Shown: positions 10,128 to 20,625, counted from the first letter of the stretch. The stretch is 64,000 nt of DNA from Marmoricola sp. (GCA_036261595.1 DATAKN010000118.1:3326-67325); one strand, 5' to 3'. Numbers and translations are program-made. Notes: a model not told the origin generated them from the sequence alone.

Positions 10128-11759
10128 GTGAAGACACCCATCTCGCGTCGCTCATGGTTCGCGGCGGCGCTCCTGGTGGGCGCCTTGGCCACGGCCGGGT
10201 GCTCGAACTCGTCGTCCGGAGGCGGCGCCGTCACCAAGGACTCGTCGGCCGGCGGTCTGAGCAAGTCGCAGATCTACACCACCGGCCTGGTCGGCAAGGA
10301 CAAGGCCGGTGACCCGAAGCAGGGCGGCACGCTCACCGTCGCCGACTTCGGCGAGCCGCGGGTCCTCAACCCGGCCCAGACCTACGCCAACGGTGCGACC
10401 GGCGGCAGCGCGATGGCCGCCATCTACGACACCCTCGTCCGGTACGACTTCACGTCCAGCTCGTTCAAGCCCCAGCTCGCCGAGTCGCTCACCAGCACCG
10501 ACGACGTCACCTGGACGCTCAAGCTGCGGGACGGGGTGAAATTCACCGACGGCACCCCGCTGAACGCCGACGCCGTGCTCGGCAGCCTGAAGTACTACGA
10601 GGCCAACTACGCCTACCAGTCGCTGCTGCTGATGGCGAACGTCGCCGAGATGAAGAAGACCGACGATCTCACCGTCGTGTTCACGCTGCGGTCGCCCTGG
10701 GCCACCTTCCCGAACATGCTGGCGCAGGGACCGGGCATGATCATGGCGCCGGCGGCGTACCGGGACCCCAAGGCGTTCAAGCCGATCGGCGCGGGCCCGT
10801 TCGTCTTCGAGAAGTACTCCCCCGGCGAGGAGCTGGTCCTCAAGGCCAACCCGGACTACTGGAACGGCGCACCGCACCTCGACGCGCTCCGCTTCATCTG
10901 GCTCGGTGGGGCCGACGACCAGCCGAAGCTGGACGCCCTGAAGAGCGGCGCAGCGGACACCGCGTTCCTCCGGGATCCGGCGGTGGTCGAGAAGGCCCGT
11001 GACGAGAGCCTGCCGGGCATGATGTTCGCGACCGGCCTGGGCGACAACCTCTGGATCAACGTGCGCGCCGGTCACCCCGGTGCGGACCCCCGGGTCCGCC
11101 AGGCGATCAACTACGCGTTCGACCCGAAGGCGTACGTCGCCCGCACCCTCGACGGGGCCGGCCTGCCGACCAAGAGCCTCTTCGCGGAGACCTCGCCGTG
11201 GTTCACCGGCGTCACGCCGCCGGCTGCGGACCTCGCGAAGGCCAAGGAGCTGCTCAAGCAGGCCGAGGCGGACGGCTACGACGGCAAGATCAGCTACTCC
11301 CACGCCGCCGACCCGAGCTCGCAGGCCGGGGCCGTGGCGCTCAAGGCGATGCTCGAGGCGGCCGGCTTCAAGGTCACCCTCGACCCGGTCCGCAGCATCG
11401 CGGACCAGGTGAAGAAGATGTACGTCGACCACTCCTACGACCTCGCCGTGGGCGCGACCACCATCCCCGACGAGGACCCGTACTCCCGCCTGGCCGGCGT
11501 GCTCGGCAGCAAGTCGCCCTCGAACCCGAGCGGCTACGCCAACCCGGAGATGGACGGTCTCCTCGCCCAGCTCCAGACCGCCGACTCGCCCGACAAGGGC
11601 AAGGCGACGATGACGAAGATCGAGCAACTCTGGGACCAGGACGTGCCGGGCATCTCGATCGCGGCGGGCGGCACCTTCGAGCCGTGGAACAGCAACGTCC
11701 ACGGCATCCAGCCCACCACCGAGACGATGTTCCTCTACGACAAGGCGTGGAAGAGCTGA
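10128..11759 (+). CDS. ABC transporter substrate-binding lipoprotein, family 5 (peptide/Opp/Dpp type)
   Basis: Lipobox TAGC; WTLKLRDGVKFTDGTPLNADAV; PIGAGPF; GGAGG RBS before GTG 10128. Confidence 0.9.
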   Translation: MKTPISRRSWFAAALLVGALATAGCSNSSSGGGAVTKDSSAGGLSKSQIYTTGLVGKDKAGDPKQGGTLTVADFGEPRVLNPAQTYANGATGGSAMAAIYDTLVRYDFTSSSFKPQLAESLTSTDDVTWTLKLRDGVKFTDGTPLNADAVLGSLKYYEANYAYQSLLLMANVAEMKKTDDLTVVFTLRSPWATFPNMLAQGPGMIMAPAAYRDPKAFKPIGAGPFVFEKYSPGEELVLKANPDYWNGAPHLDALRFIWLGGADDQPKLDALKSGAADTAFLRDPAVVEKARDESLPGMMFATGLGDNLWINVRAGHPGADPRVRQAINYAFDPKAYVARTLDGAGLPTKSLFAETSPWFTGVTPPAADLAKAKELLKQAEADGYDGKISYSHAADPSSQAGAVALKAMLEAAGFKVTLDPVRSIADQVKKMYVDHSYDLAVGATTIPDEDPYSRLAGVLGSKSPSNPSGYANPEMDGLLAQLQTADSPDKGKATMTKIEQLWDQDVPGISIAAGGTFEPWNSNVHGIQPTTETMFLYDKAWKS

Positions 11760-11775
11760 ACCACCGCATCTGAAC

Positions 11776-11816
11776 GCGACCGTGCCCCGGGCCTCATCGG
11801 CGCGGGGCATGGTCGC
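11776..11816 (+). terminator. Stem-loop after the substrate-binding protein gene (terminator or mRNA stabiliser)
   Basis: GCGACCGTGCCCCG...CGGGGCATGGTCGC inverted repeat. Confidence 0.55.
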
Positions 11817-11873
11817 TCCCAGGTCCGTTCCGGCATCGTGAGCACCACGGCCGCAACCCCAGGAGGCTTCGCC

Positions 11874-13601
11874 ATGCACCCCCACCAGGACGTCGACCGA
11901 ACCGTGGCCCCCCACCTCTCCGCGTCCGAGGTCATCGAGCAACGGATCACGTTCGCCGACGTCCTGCTGCGACGTGCCGAGGACGACCACGACGGTCTGC
12001 TGTTCGAGGACTCCCACTGGTCCTGGCGCGAGGTCGTCGACGAGTGCCGGCGGCGGGCCGCCCTGCTCCTTGACCTGCGCCGGGAGGGCGAGCCGTTCCA
12101 CGTCGGGGTGCTGCTCGAGAACGTCCCCGACTACATCTTCATGATCGGTGCCGCGGCGCTGTCGGGCGCGACGGTCGTCGGCATCAACCCCACGCGCCGG
12201 GGGGCCGAGCTCGCGAGCGACATCCGTGGTGTCGACTGCAGCGTGATCGTCACCGATGCCGCGGGAAGCGCCCTGCTCGAGGGCCTGGACACCGGCGTCG
12301 AGAGCAGCCGCGTGCTCCGCGTCGACGTAACGGAGTGGGAGGACCGGTTGGCGACGTACCCGATCGAGTCGTTCGTGCTGCCACCGGCCGCGGAGGACCC
12401 CTCGACCTGCCTCCTCCTGACCTTCACCTCAGGTTCGACGGGCGCGCCGAAGGCGGTCATCTGCTCGTCCGGGCGACTGGCCGTGATCGCCTGCACGAAC
12501 GTCCTCGACCTCGTGCCCGACGACGTCAGCTACAACGCGATGCCGCTGTTCCACGGCAACGCGATCATGGCGTGCTGGGCGCCCTCGGTGTTCGTGGGCG
12601 CGACGTTCACCATGCGACGGAAGTTCTCGGTCTCGGGCTTCCTGCCGGACGTGCTCCGCTTCGGCGTCACGTTCTTCAACTACGTCGGCCGCTCACTGGC
12701 CTACCTGCTGTCCGCACCCGAGTCGCCCGACGAGGCACGCACGCGGCTCCGCGTCGTCTTCGGGACGGAGGCGGCGCCGCTGGACCGCGCGGAGTTCGCG
12801 CGCCGGTTCGGGGTGCACCCCACCGAGAGCTACGGGTCCAGCGAGGGAGCGGTGGTCATCAGCGTCACGCCGGACACTCCTCCGGGCGCCCTGGGCCGGC
12901 CACCGGAGACGATGCCGCAGGTCGAGGTCCTCGGCCCCGACGGGGCGCCGTGCCCACGGGCCCGCTTCGACGAGCACGGGCAGCTGCTCAACCCGCACGA
13001 GGCGATCGGGGAGATCGTCAACCTCGCCGGGGCGATGATGTTCGAGGGCTACTACAACAACCCCGCTGCGACGGCCGAGCGCGTGGACGGACCGGTCTTC
13101 CGCACCGGTGACCTGGGCTACCGCGACGAAGCCGGCTTCTTCTACTTCGCCGGCCGCTCGGCGGACCGCCTGCGCGTGGACAGCGAGAACTTCGCCGCCG
13201 CGCCGGTCGAGCGCATCCTCGCCCGTTTCCCGGCCGTAGCGCTGGTCGCGGTCTACCCGGTGCCCGATCCACGCACGGGCGACCAGGTGATGGCGGCGGT
13301 GCAGCTCCGCGACGGTGCCCGCTTCGACGCCAAGGAGTTCGGCGCGTTCCTGGAGGCGCAACCCGACCTCGGCACCAAGTGGGCGCCGCGGTTCGTCCGG
13401 ATCGTCGGCGAGATGCCGGTCACCGCGACGCGGAAGGTCGACAAGCCGTCCCTGGTTGCGGCCTCGTGGCTCACGGACGATCCGCTGTTCGTCTCGCTCG
13501 ACGGGTCTCTTCACTACGTGCCCGCGACCGCGGAGCACCGCGGCCAGCTGCTCGCCGAGTACGAGAGGTACGGCCGCGCGCCGGCGATCGCGCGGGGGTG
13601 A
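11874..13601 (+). CDS. Second FadD17-like acyl-CoA synthetase
   Basis: FTSGSTGAPKA, YGSSEG, RTGDLG and RVDSEN motifs; clear paralog of 7007-8683; AGGAGG RBS before ATG 11874. Confidence 0.85.
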   Translation: MHPHQDVDRTVAPHLSASEVIEQRITFADVLLRRAEDDHDGLLFEDSHWSWREVVDECRRRAALLLDLRREGEPFHVGVLLENVPDYIFMIGAAALSGATVVGINPTRRGAELASDIRGVDCSVIVTDAAGSALLEGLDTGVESSRVLRVDVTEWEDRLATYPIESFVLPPAAEDPSTCLLLTFTSGSTGAPKAVICSSGRLAVIACTNVLDLVPDDVSYNAMPLFHGNAIMACWAPSVFVGATFTMRRKFSVSGFLPDVLRFGVTFFNYVGRSLAYLLSAPESPDEARTRLRVVFGTEAAPLDRAEFARRFGVHPTESYGSSEGAVVISVTPDTPPGALGRPPETMPQVEVLGPDGAPCPRARFDEHGQLLNPHEAIGEIVNLAGAMMFEGYYNNPAATAERVDGPVFRTGDLGYRDEAGFFYFAGRSADRLRVDSENFAAAPVERILARFPAVALVAVYPVPDPRTGDQVMAAVQLRDGARFDAKEFGAFLEAQPDLGTKWAPRFVRIVGEMPVTATRKVDKPSLVAASWLTDDPLFVSLDGSLHYVPATAEHRGQLLAEYERYGRAPAIARG

Positions 13602-13610
13602 CGGCTCGGC

Positions 13611-14306
13611 TCAGGCGATCCCGCTGAGGAGGAGCATGACCGCGCTCGCCGCGAGCGCGAGCGCGACCACGCGATCGAAGCGCTTCGCCGGGATCCGGGC
13701 GAAGACGCGGTCGCCGGCCCACCACCCGCCGCGCGAGGCGAGCACGCCGACGGCGATGTAGGCGAGCAGGGAGCCGACGTCGAGGCCGATCACCACGAAC
13801 CCGACGACGGCGACCAGGTCCTGGACGGCGAGCACCGCCTGCAGGGTGCCCCGGAAGGCCCGCGGCTCGGGTCGTCCCGCGAGCACGCCCAGTACCAAGG
13901 GCGGCCCGTTCATCCCGGTGGAGGTCAGGAGCGCGCCGCTCAGCACCCCGGCGCCCGCGCCGGCCACGCGCCCCGGGGGCAGCCTGACCCGGGAGAGGAC
14001 GAGGGCCAGCGCACCCAGCACGGTGACCGCCATCAGCACCTGCAGGACCCCGTCGCCGGCGTACCGGAGCAGCAGCAGCCCCAGTGGCAGGCCGAGCATG
14101 CCGGCGACCACCAGTCGCGACGCCACCGGTAGGTCGACGTGCGCGCGCTCGCGCACCGCGCTCCACCCCGAGAGCACCAGGCTGACCACCGTCATCGCGA
14201 CCACCGCGTGCGCGGGGCCCATGACGATCGCGAGGATCGGGATCGCGACCAGGGCCGACCCGAAGCCGGTGATCGACTGGACGAAGCCGGCGAGCCCGAA
14301 GGCCAC
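13611..14306 (-). CDS. TauE/SafE-family sulfite/organosulfonate exporter
   Basis: AGFVQSITGFGSALV and GMNGPP motifs with ~8 TM segments; true start may be slightly upstream (~14330). Confidence 0.85.
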   Translation of the reverse strand: MAFGLAGFVQSITGFGSALVAIPILAIVMGPAHAVVAMTVVSLVLSGWSAVRERAHVDLPVASRLVVAGMLGLPLGLLLLRYAGDGVLQVLMAVTVLGALALVLSRVRLPPGRVAGAGAGVLSGALLTSTGMNGPPLVLGVLAGRPEPRAFRGTLQAVLAVQDLVAVVGFVVIGLDVGSLLAYIAVGVLASRGGWWAGDRVFARIPAKRFDRVVALALAASAVMLLLSGIA

Positions 14307-14326
14307 GACCGCCGCGAGGAGCGCGG

Positions 14327-15733
14327 TCAGGGCACCGGCCGCCAGGGTGCGGCGTGCTCGACCTGGGTCGCGAGCGAGATCAGCAGCGCCTCCTGCCCGA
14401 GGTCGGCCGCGAACTGCACGCCGAGCGGCAGTCCGGTCGCATCGGCGCCCAGCGGCAGCGAGATCGCCGGCATCCCGGTGACGTTGAAGACGCTGGTCCA
14501 GGCCGAGTAGGTGCTGCCGTGCTCGTACATCGTCTCCGGACGGGTGGTGTCGAGCAACCCCAGCGGCGGGGTCGGCTGGGCCAGCGTCGGAGTCAGCAGC
14601 ACGTCGTACGTCGTGAACGCGGTCCCCACCTCCCAGCCGATCTCCTGGGCGCGGCGCAGTGCGCGGTGCACGTCGGAACCGCTCAGCGTCCGGTAGTGGT
14701 CGAGGAGGACATGGGTGAAGGGTTCCACATCATCGGGCCGAAGGCCGCGACCCAGCGCTGCCAGACGGTCGTCGACGGTCACGACGAGGTCCGCGCCCAT
14801 GAGGACGCCCGAGGTCGCGCCGACATCGACCGGGTCGAAGGCGGGCGTCATCTCCTCGACGTGGTGGCCGAGCTCCTCGCAGAGCTTCGCGGTCGCGAGC
14901 ACCGCGTCCAGGCAGGCCGGGTCGACGTCGACGCCGTTGCGTGCCCGGGTGGCGAGGCCGATCCGCAACCGGCCCGGCTCGCGCCGGGTGGCGTCGAGGA
15001 AGCTTCCGGCCGGGGCGGGTGCGGCGTACGCCTCGCCGGGAAGCGGACCCGCGATCACGTCGAGCAGCAGGGCGCTGTCGCGCACCGTCGTGGTGACCGC
15101 GTGCGGAACCGACACCGGCGCCGCGAGCGTGCCCGGGTCCGGCGAGCCCGTGGTGCGACCCCGGCTCGGCTTCAGGCCGACCAGCCCGCACATCGAGGCC
15201 GGGATGCGGATCGACCCGCCGCCGTCGGTCGCGTGCGCGGCGGGCACCATCCCGCTCGCCACCGCCGCAGCGGAGCCGCCGCTGGAGCCACCGGTGGACC
15301 GCGCGTGGTCGTGCGGGTTGCGGGCGGGACCGTGCAGCTGGGACTCGGTGCTCGCGTTCAGCCCCAACTCAGGGGTGTTCGTGGTGCCGAGCACCACGAG
15401 GCCCGCCTGCTGGTAGCGCCGGACCAGCTCGCTGTCGCGGGTCGGTACGACGTCCGCGAACAACCGGCTCCCCCCGGTCGCGGGAAGCCCGGCCACCTCA
15501 GTGCCCAGGTCCTTGACGAGGAACGGCACGCCGGTGAGCGGGCCGACCGGCAGTCCGGCGTCGACCTCGGCGAGGGCGGCCTCGAACCGGCGACCGACCA
15601 CGGCGTTCAGCGCACCGTCGAGCGCTTCGATGCGCCCGATCGCCTCCTCGACGACCTCGCGTGCACTGAGCTCGCCGGCGCGGATCGCGGCGGCGGTGGC
15701 GACGGCGTCACGGACGGTCTCAGGTCGAGTCAC
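14327..15733 (-). CDS. Amidase (amidase-signature family)
   Basis: GVPFLVKDL (catalytic Lys), GGSSGGSAAAV, TDGGGSIRIPA; GTGA overlap with the upstream ATPase. Confidence 0.92.
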   Translation of the reverse strand: MTRPETVRDAVATAAAIRAGELSAREVVEEAIGRIEALDGALNAVVGRRFEAALAEVDAGLPVGPLTGVPFLVKDLGTEVAGLPATGGSRLFADVVPTRDSELVRRYQQAGLVVLGTTNTPELGLNASTESQLHGPARNPHDHARSTGGSSGGSAAAVASGMVPAAHATDGGGSIRIPASMCGLVGLKPSRGRTTGSPDPGTLAAPVSVPHAVTTTVRDSALLLDVIAGPLPGEAYAAPAPAGSFLDATRREPGRLRIGLATRARNGVDVDPACLDAVLATAKLCEELGHHVEEMTPAFDPVDVGATSGVLMGADLVVTVDDRLAALGRGLRPDDVEPFTHVLLDHYRTLSGSDVHRALRRAQEIGWEVGTAFTTYDVLLTPTLAQPTPPLGLLDTTRPETMYEHGSTYSAWTSVFNVTGMPAISLPLGADATGLPLGVQFAADLGQEALLISLATQVEHAAPWRPVP

Positions 15734-16743
15734 GATGGCTGCTCCAGAGGCTGGGTCGGGACGTGGTGGCAGGCGACGAAGTGTTCGGGCCCGACCTCGC
15801 GCAGTTCCGGCTCCTCCCGGGCGCAGCGCTCCGTGGCCAGGGGGCACCGGGTGCGGAACCGGCACCCGCTCGGTGGATCCAGGGGCGACGGCAGCTCGCT
15901 CGCGCCGAGCGCCACCTCCGCGCTGCGGGCGAGGGTGTCCTCGCGGCCGGGCACCGAGGCCAGCAGGGCCTGGGTGTAGGGGTGCTTCGCCTCGGTGTCG
16001 ATCGCCCGGGATGGGACCACCTCGCAGGTCTTGCCCAGGTAGAGCACCATGATCCGGTCGCTGATGCTCTTGACGACCGACACGTCGTGGGCGATGAACA
16101 CCATGCTGAGCCCGTAGCGCGCCTTGGTGCGTTCGAGCAGGTTGAGGATCTGGGCCTGCACCGAGACGTCGAGGCTCGACACCGGCTCGTCGCAGATCAG
16201 CACCTCCGGCTCCAGCAGCAGGGCACGGGCGATGCACACCCGCTGGCACTGGCCGCCGGAGAGCTCGTGCGGGCGACGGTCCCACACGACGTCGGGGTCG
16301 AGTCCGACGGCGGCGAGGGTCTCGCGCAGCAGCGCCTCGCGGTCCGGACCGTCGTATCCCCACACCGCGAGGCCCTCGGCGACCAGGTCCTTGACCTTGC
16401 GCCGTGGGTTCAGCGAGGAGATCGGGTCCTGGAGGATCATCTGCATCTTCGCCCGCTTCGACCGCACGTCGCGCGGGCGCAGCGTGGTCAGCTCGACGTC
16501 GCCGAGGCGGACCGAGCCCGACGTGGGCGGGGGCAACTGCATGACCGCACGTCCGGCGCTCGACTTCCCGCAGCCGGACTCGCCGAGGATGCCCAGCGTC
16601 TCGCCCTCGAGGACGTCGATGCTCAACCCGGACACCGCGTGCACCCGCGCACCCCGGCCGACCGGGAACTCCACGACGAGGTCGCGCACGCTCAGGACGG
16701 GCGAGGACGCGGGGCGCAGGTGCGCGTGACCGGTGCCAGCCAT
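15730..16743 (-). CDS. Peptide-type ABC transporter ATPase (OppF/DppF-like)
   Basis: GESGCGKS, LSGGQCQR, DEPVSSLD and C-terminal GCRFRTRCP. Confidence 0.92.
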   Translation of the reverse strand: MAGTGHAHLRPASSPVLSVRDLVVEFPVGRGARVHAVSGLSIDVLEGETLGILGESGCGKSSAGRAVMQLPPPTSGSVRLGDVELTTLRPRDVRSKRAKMQMILQDPISSLNPRRKVKDLVAEGLAVWGYDGPDREALLRETLAAVGLDPDVVWDRRPHELSGGQCQRVCIARALLLEPEVLICDEPVSSLDVSVQAQILNLLERTKARYGLSMVFIAHDVSVVKSISDRIMVLYLGKTCEVVPSRAIDTEAKHPYTQALLASVPGREDTLARSAEVALGASELPSPLDPPSGCRFRTRCPLATERCAREEPELREVGPEHFVACHHVPTQPLEQPS

Positions 16744-17765
16744 CAGACCGTCTCCTCCGAGAGCACAGGTGCTTCTGCGGCCTCGGGGGCGAGGCCGACG
16801 GGCAGGTGGCAGGCGACGGCACGCGCCGCGCCCAGCTCGACGAGCGCGGGGTCCTCGCGCAGGCACCGCTCCACGCTGCGCGGGCACCGCGGGGCGAACC
16901 GGCAGCCCTCCGGCGGGTTCGCCAGGTCGGGCGGCTGCCCCTCGATCGTGCGCAGCAGGGTGTGCGGTGCCGCGGCGAGCTCCGGCACGGAGGCGATCAG
17001 GGCCTCGGCGTACGGGTGGTGGGGCGCCTCGAACAGCGCAACCGTCCCCGCCCGCTCGACCACCCGGCCGGCGTACATCACCGCGACCCGGTCGGTCCGG
17101 CCCTCGATCGCGCCCAGGTCGTGACTGATCAGGATCGTCGCCATCTGCCGCTCGGCGGCCAGCTCGGCGAGCAGGTCGAGGATCTGCTTCTGCACGGTGA
17201 CGTCCAGCGCCGTGGTGGGCTCGTCGGCGATCAGGATCGCCGGGTCGCAGCTGAGCGCCACGGCGATCATCACCCGCTGCCGCATGCCGCCCGACAGCTC
17301 GTGGGGATACTGGCCGAGCCGGCGGCGCGGGTCGGGGATGCCGACCCGGTCGAGCAGCGTGATCGCCCGGTCCGCGGCCGCCCGGCGTCCGAGTCCGAGG
17401 TGCAGCCGGAGCGGGTCGGTGAGGTGGGCACCGATGGTGCGGACCGGGTTGAGCGAGGTCATCGGGTCCTGGAAGACCATCGCGATCCGCGCACCCCAGA
17501 GCGCCCGGCGGCGCCGGGGAGACAGTTCGTGGACGTCGAGCCCGTCGATCCGGACCTCCCCGGTGACGCTGGTCATCCCACCGCTGGTGACCAGGCCCAT
17601 GAGCGTGCGGCCCAGCACCGACTTGCCCGAGCCCGACTCGCCGACCAGGCCGAGGGTCTCCCCCGCGACCAGGTCCAGGCTCACGCCGTCGACGGCTCGG
17701 ACCGGGCCACGCGCGGTCTGGAAGACGGTGCGCAGGTCGCGGACCTCGAGGACCGGGGCGCTCAC
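16743..17765 (-). CDS. Peptide-type ABC transporter ATPase (OppD/DppD-like)
   Basis: GESGSGKS, LSGGMRQR, DEPTTALD and GCRFAPRC. Confidence 0.92.
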   Translation of the reverse strand: MSAPVLEVRDLRTVFQTARGPVRAVDGVSLDLVAGETLGLVGESGSGKSVLGRTLMGLVTSGGMTSVTGEVRIDGLDVHELSPRRRRALWGARIAMVFQDPMTSLNPVRTIGAHLTDPLRLHLGLGRRAAADRAITLLDRVGIPDPRRRLGQYPHELSGGMRQRVMIAVALSCDPAILIADEPTTALDVTVQKQILDLLAELAAERQMATILISHDLGAIEGRTDRVAVMYAGRVVERAGTVALFEAPHHPYAEALIASVPELAAAPHTLLRTIEGQPPDLANPPEGCRFAPRCPRSVERCLREDPALVELGAARAVACHLPVGLAPEAAEAPVLSEETV

Positions 17766-18808
17766 AGCTTGGCTCCCCTCGGGTCCCAGCGCTTCTGGGC
17801 GCGCTCGCCGAGCAGGTTGAACGAGAACACCGTGAGGAACAGGAAGGTCCCCGGCACGAGCAGGATGAACGGGTGCTGCGACATCGTGTTGTTGGCCTCG
17901 GCCTCCGCGATCATGTTGCCCCAGGTGGGTGAGGGTGGCTGGATGCCGAGCCCCAGGAAGCTCAACGACGCCTCGGCCACGATCAGCCCCGAGATCACGA
18001 CGACCGCCATCGAGAGCATCGGCGGTACGACGTTCGGCAACAGCTCCCGCAGCATGATCCGGCCGCGGGTCGCCCCGATCGCTCGCGCGGCCAGGACGAA
18101 CTCTCGCTGGCTGTAGGCGATCGTGTTCGCGCGGGCGAGGCGGACCATCGTCGGGATGGTCAGCAGGGCCAGCGCCAGGGCCATGTTGCGGATCTTCGGC
18201 TGCAGGGCCGTGGCGAGCACGATCAGCAGGATCAGCGGCGGTACGGCGAGCAGGGCGTTGGTGAACACCCCGATCACGGCGTCCACACCCCGGCGGTAGA
18301 AGCCCGCCACGATGCCGATGCTGCCGCCGACGACCAGCCCGATGGAGACCGCCAGCAGCGAGATCGTCATCGACGCCCTGGCTCCGTAGACGACGCGGGC
18401 CAGCATGTCGAGGCCGTAGCCGTTGGTCCCGAGGGGATGGTCGGCGTACGCGAACGGCGACAGGTACGTCGGGTCGGCCATCGTCGCGGCGACGTTCTCG
18501 TGCTCGCCGAGTGGCAGCAGCGGGGCCAGCGTCGCGACGGCGCCGAGTCCGACCACCCAGACCGCGCAGAGGACGAGCAGGAGGTCGGCGCGCCGTCGGC
18601 GGGCAGCCCAGACCAGGCGGTCGACGCCGACGACGGCCAGCACCGCCCCGGCGACGGCCAGCCCGACCGACGGGAGCGCCGGGAGCAGACCGACGAAGGC
18701 AGGCACGAGCACGACCACGCCGGTGGCCAGGAAGGCGCTGCCGCGGAGGGCCAGCCGGCCCCGGGTGAGGGTGGTGCCGCGCACGGCGCGGGGGTCAGAC
18801 ATGTACAC
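17762..18808 (-). CDS. ABC transporter permease (OppC/DppC-like)
   Basis: HPLGTNGYGLD, EFVLAARAIGA, EASLSFLGLGIQPPSPTWG. Confidence 0.9.
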   Translation of the reverse strand: MYMSDPRAVRGTTLTRGRLALRGSAFLATGVVVLVPAFVGLLPALPSVGLAVAGAVLAVVGVDRLVWAARRRRADLLLVLCAVWVVGLGAVATLAPLLPLGEHENVAATMADPTYLSPFAYADHPLGTNGYGLDMLARVVYGARASMTISLLAVSIGLVVGGSIGIVAGFYRRGVDAVIGVFTNALLAVPPLILLIVLATALQPKIRNMALALALLTIPTMVRLARANTIAYSQREFVLAARAIGATRGRIMLRELLPNVVPPMLSMAVVVISGLIVAEASLSFLGLGIQPPSPTWGNMIAEAEANNTMSQHPFILLVPGTFLFLTVFSFNLLGERAQKRWDPRGAKL

Positions 18809-19745
18809 GACGGGTCCTCGGGTCCAGGTAGCCGTAGGCCAGGTCGATCGCGGTGTTGATCAGCACGTAGATGGCGGCGATCACCAGCGCAGCGCCCTGC
18901 ACCATCGGGAAGTCGCCCTGGCTGGCCGCGGAGATCACCAGCGTGCCCATGCCGGGGAGGCTGAAGAGGTACTCGACGATCACGGTGCTGCCGATCAGCG
19001 TGCCGAGGCTGATGCCGAGCACGGTGACCAGGGAGAACGAGGACGGGCGGAGGGCTTCGTTGAGCATGACGTGACGAGGTGGCATGCCCTTCGCCCGGGC
19101 CGCGAGCACGAAGTCCTCACGCAGCGTGCGCACCAGGTCGTTGCGCAGGATGCGGGTGAACAGTGCCGCCTCGGGCAGCGCGATCACCACCGCCGGCAGG
19201 ATCGCGTGCTGCAGGTTGCCGCCGAGGTCGGCGGTGAGCCGGACCCATTGCGACCGCGGGAGCAGGCCCAGCTGGTCGACCAGCAGCATGTTCAGCAGCA
19301 GCCCGAGCAGGAACGACGGGATCGACAGCACCCCGAAGACGACGGCGCTCACGACCCGGTCGACCACGCCGTCCTCGTGGTAGGCAGAGACCAGCGCGAG
19401 CGGGATCGCGAGCAGGAGGGCGACCAGGATGCCCAGGGTGGCGAGCTCGAGGCTCACCGGCAGGGCGCTGCCGATCCGGCCGTACACGGAGGCGTGCGGC
19501 GGCACGATGGACTGGCCGAGGTCGCCGGTGAGCGCGTGACCCAGCCACGCGGCGTACCGCTGCAGGAGCGGCTCGTCCAGCCGCAGCTCGGACCGGAGTG
19601 CGGCGTAGTCCTGCGGTGGGTGGCCGGGCCCGAGGATCGCGACGGCCGGGTCACCCGGCAGCAGCGCGACGAGCAGGAAGACACCGAAGCTGACCAGGGC
19701 CAGCACGGCGACCAGCTGCCCGGGGCGACGCAGCAGTGCTCGCAC
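18795..19745 (-). CDS. ABC transporter permease (OppB/DppB-like)
   Basis: LPGDPA, GDLGQS, AARAKGM, VEYLFSLPGMG. Confidence 0.9.
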   Translation of the reverse strand: MRALLRRPGQLVAVLALVSFGVFLLVALLPGDPAVAILGPGHPPQDYAALRSELRLDEPLLQRYAAWLGHALTGDLGQSIVPPHASVYGRIGSALPVSLELATLGILVALLLAIPLALVSAYHEDGVVDRVVSAVVFGVLSIPSFLLGLLLNMLLVDQLGLLPRSQWVRLTADLGGNLQHAILPAVVIALPEAALFTRILRNDLVRTLREDFVLAARAKGMPPRHVMLNEALRPSSFSLVTVLGISLGTLIGSTVIVEYLFSLPGMGTLVISAASQGDFPMVQGAALVIAAIYVLINTAIDLAYGYLDPRTRRVHV

Positions 19746-19823
19746 GGTGATCCTCCCTGCTCCGGGGAACCGGCCGGAGCGCGCTCAGGCTAGGTCGGGT
19801 GACGTCGGCCACATCGGGGCCCG

Positions 19824-19838
19824 TCCCGCTGACCGGGA
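19824..19838. promoter_or_regulatory. Regulon box 3 (TCCCGCTGACCGGGA)
   Basis: Upstream of the ABC-amidase-TauE operon; -10-like TAGCCT on the minus strand at 19787-19792. Confidence 0.75.
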
Positions 19839-19854
19839 GGGCCGACCAGCGGCC

Positions 19855-20625
19855 TCAGCCGAAGTAGGCCTGGCCGCCGTCGAGCGGCACGGTGGCGCCG
19901 GTCAGGTAGCGCATGTCGGGACCGATCAGGGCGACGACCGCCCGCCCGATGTCCTGCTCGCAGTCGCCGATCCGGCGCATCGGGATCGCGGCGACGAACT
20001 CCTCGGCCTCCTCGGGGTTGTTCTCGGTCCACCACTGCAGCCCCGGCGAGAGCGCGTGCGGCGCGATCGCGTTCACCCGGATCCCGTCCGGGGCCCACTC
20101 CACCGCGGCCGTCCGGCTGAGCGAGCGCAGCGCCTGCTTCGCCGCCGCGTACGCGCCGTACGTCGTCGGGTCCCAGCGCACCATCGCTGAGGTGACGAGG
20201 TTGACGATCGACCCGTCTCCGCTGGCCTTGAGGTGCGGGTGGGCGGCCTTCATGAACGCGAACGTCGCGAACGGGCCGGTGCGGAAGCCCTTCTGGAAGG
20301 CCCGGTCGCTGAGCTCGAGCAACGGCCCGTAGGCACCGGCCCAGGCGTTGTTGACGAGGATGTCGAGACGGCCGAAGTGGGCGACGACGGCCTCGACGAC
20401 CTGTGGGACCGCGTCGGTGTCGGCGACGTCGCACTCGAACGGCTCCGCCTCCACACCGCGCTCGCGCACCAGGCGGCAGGTCTCCTCGAGCTTCGCGCCG
20501 GTGCGGCCCAGGACCGCCACGGAGACGCCCTCGGTCGCGAGGGCGAGCGCGATGCCCTGGCCCACCCCCTGGCCTGCGCCGGTCACCAGGGCCACTCGCC
20601 CGGCCAGTCGTCCGGTCTCCGTCAT
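19855..20625 (-). CDS. SDR-family oxidoreductase (probable hydroxysteroid dehydrogenase)
   Basis: [11 protein letters not shown] and YAAAK motifs; GAGGAGG RBS before ATG 20625. Confidence 0.88.
   Translation of the reverse strand: MTETGRLAGRVALVTGAGQGVGQGIALALATEGVSVAVLGRTGAKLEETCRLVRERGVEAEPFECDVADTDAVPQVVEAVVAHFGRLDILVNNAWAGAYGPLLELSDRAFQKGFRTGPFATFAFMKAAHPHLKASGDGSIVNLVTSAMVRWDPTTYGAYAAAKQALRSLSRTAAVEWAPDGIRVNAIAPHALSPGLQWWTENNPEEAEEFVAAIPMRRIGDCEQDIGRAVVALIGPDMRYLTGATVPLDGGQAYFG

Noticed and set aside
14327-16822. Apparent long N-terminal extensions or fusions in the ORF track (831-aa amidase, 724-aa ligase, 683-aa KstD, 638-aa thiolase, 614-aa dehydrogenase)
   Set aside because: The extensions overlap neighbouring real genes; internal starts with an RBS, a -10 box or a stop/start overlap give normal lengths
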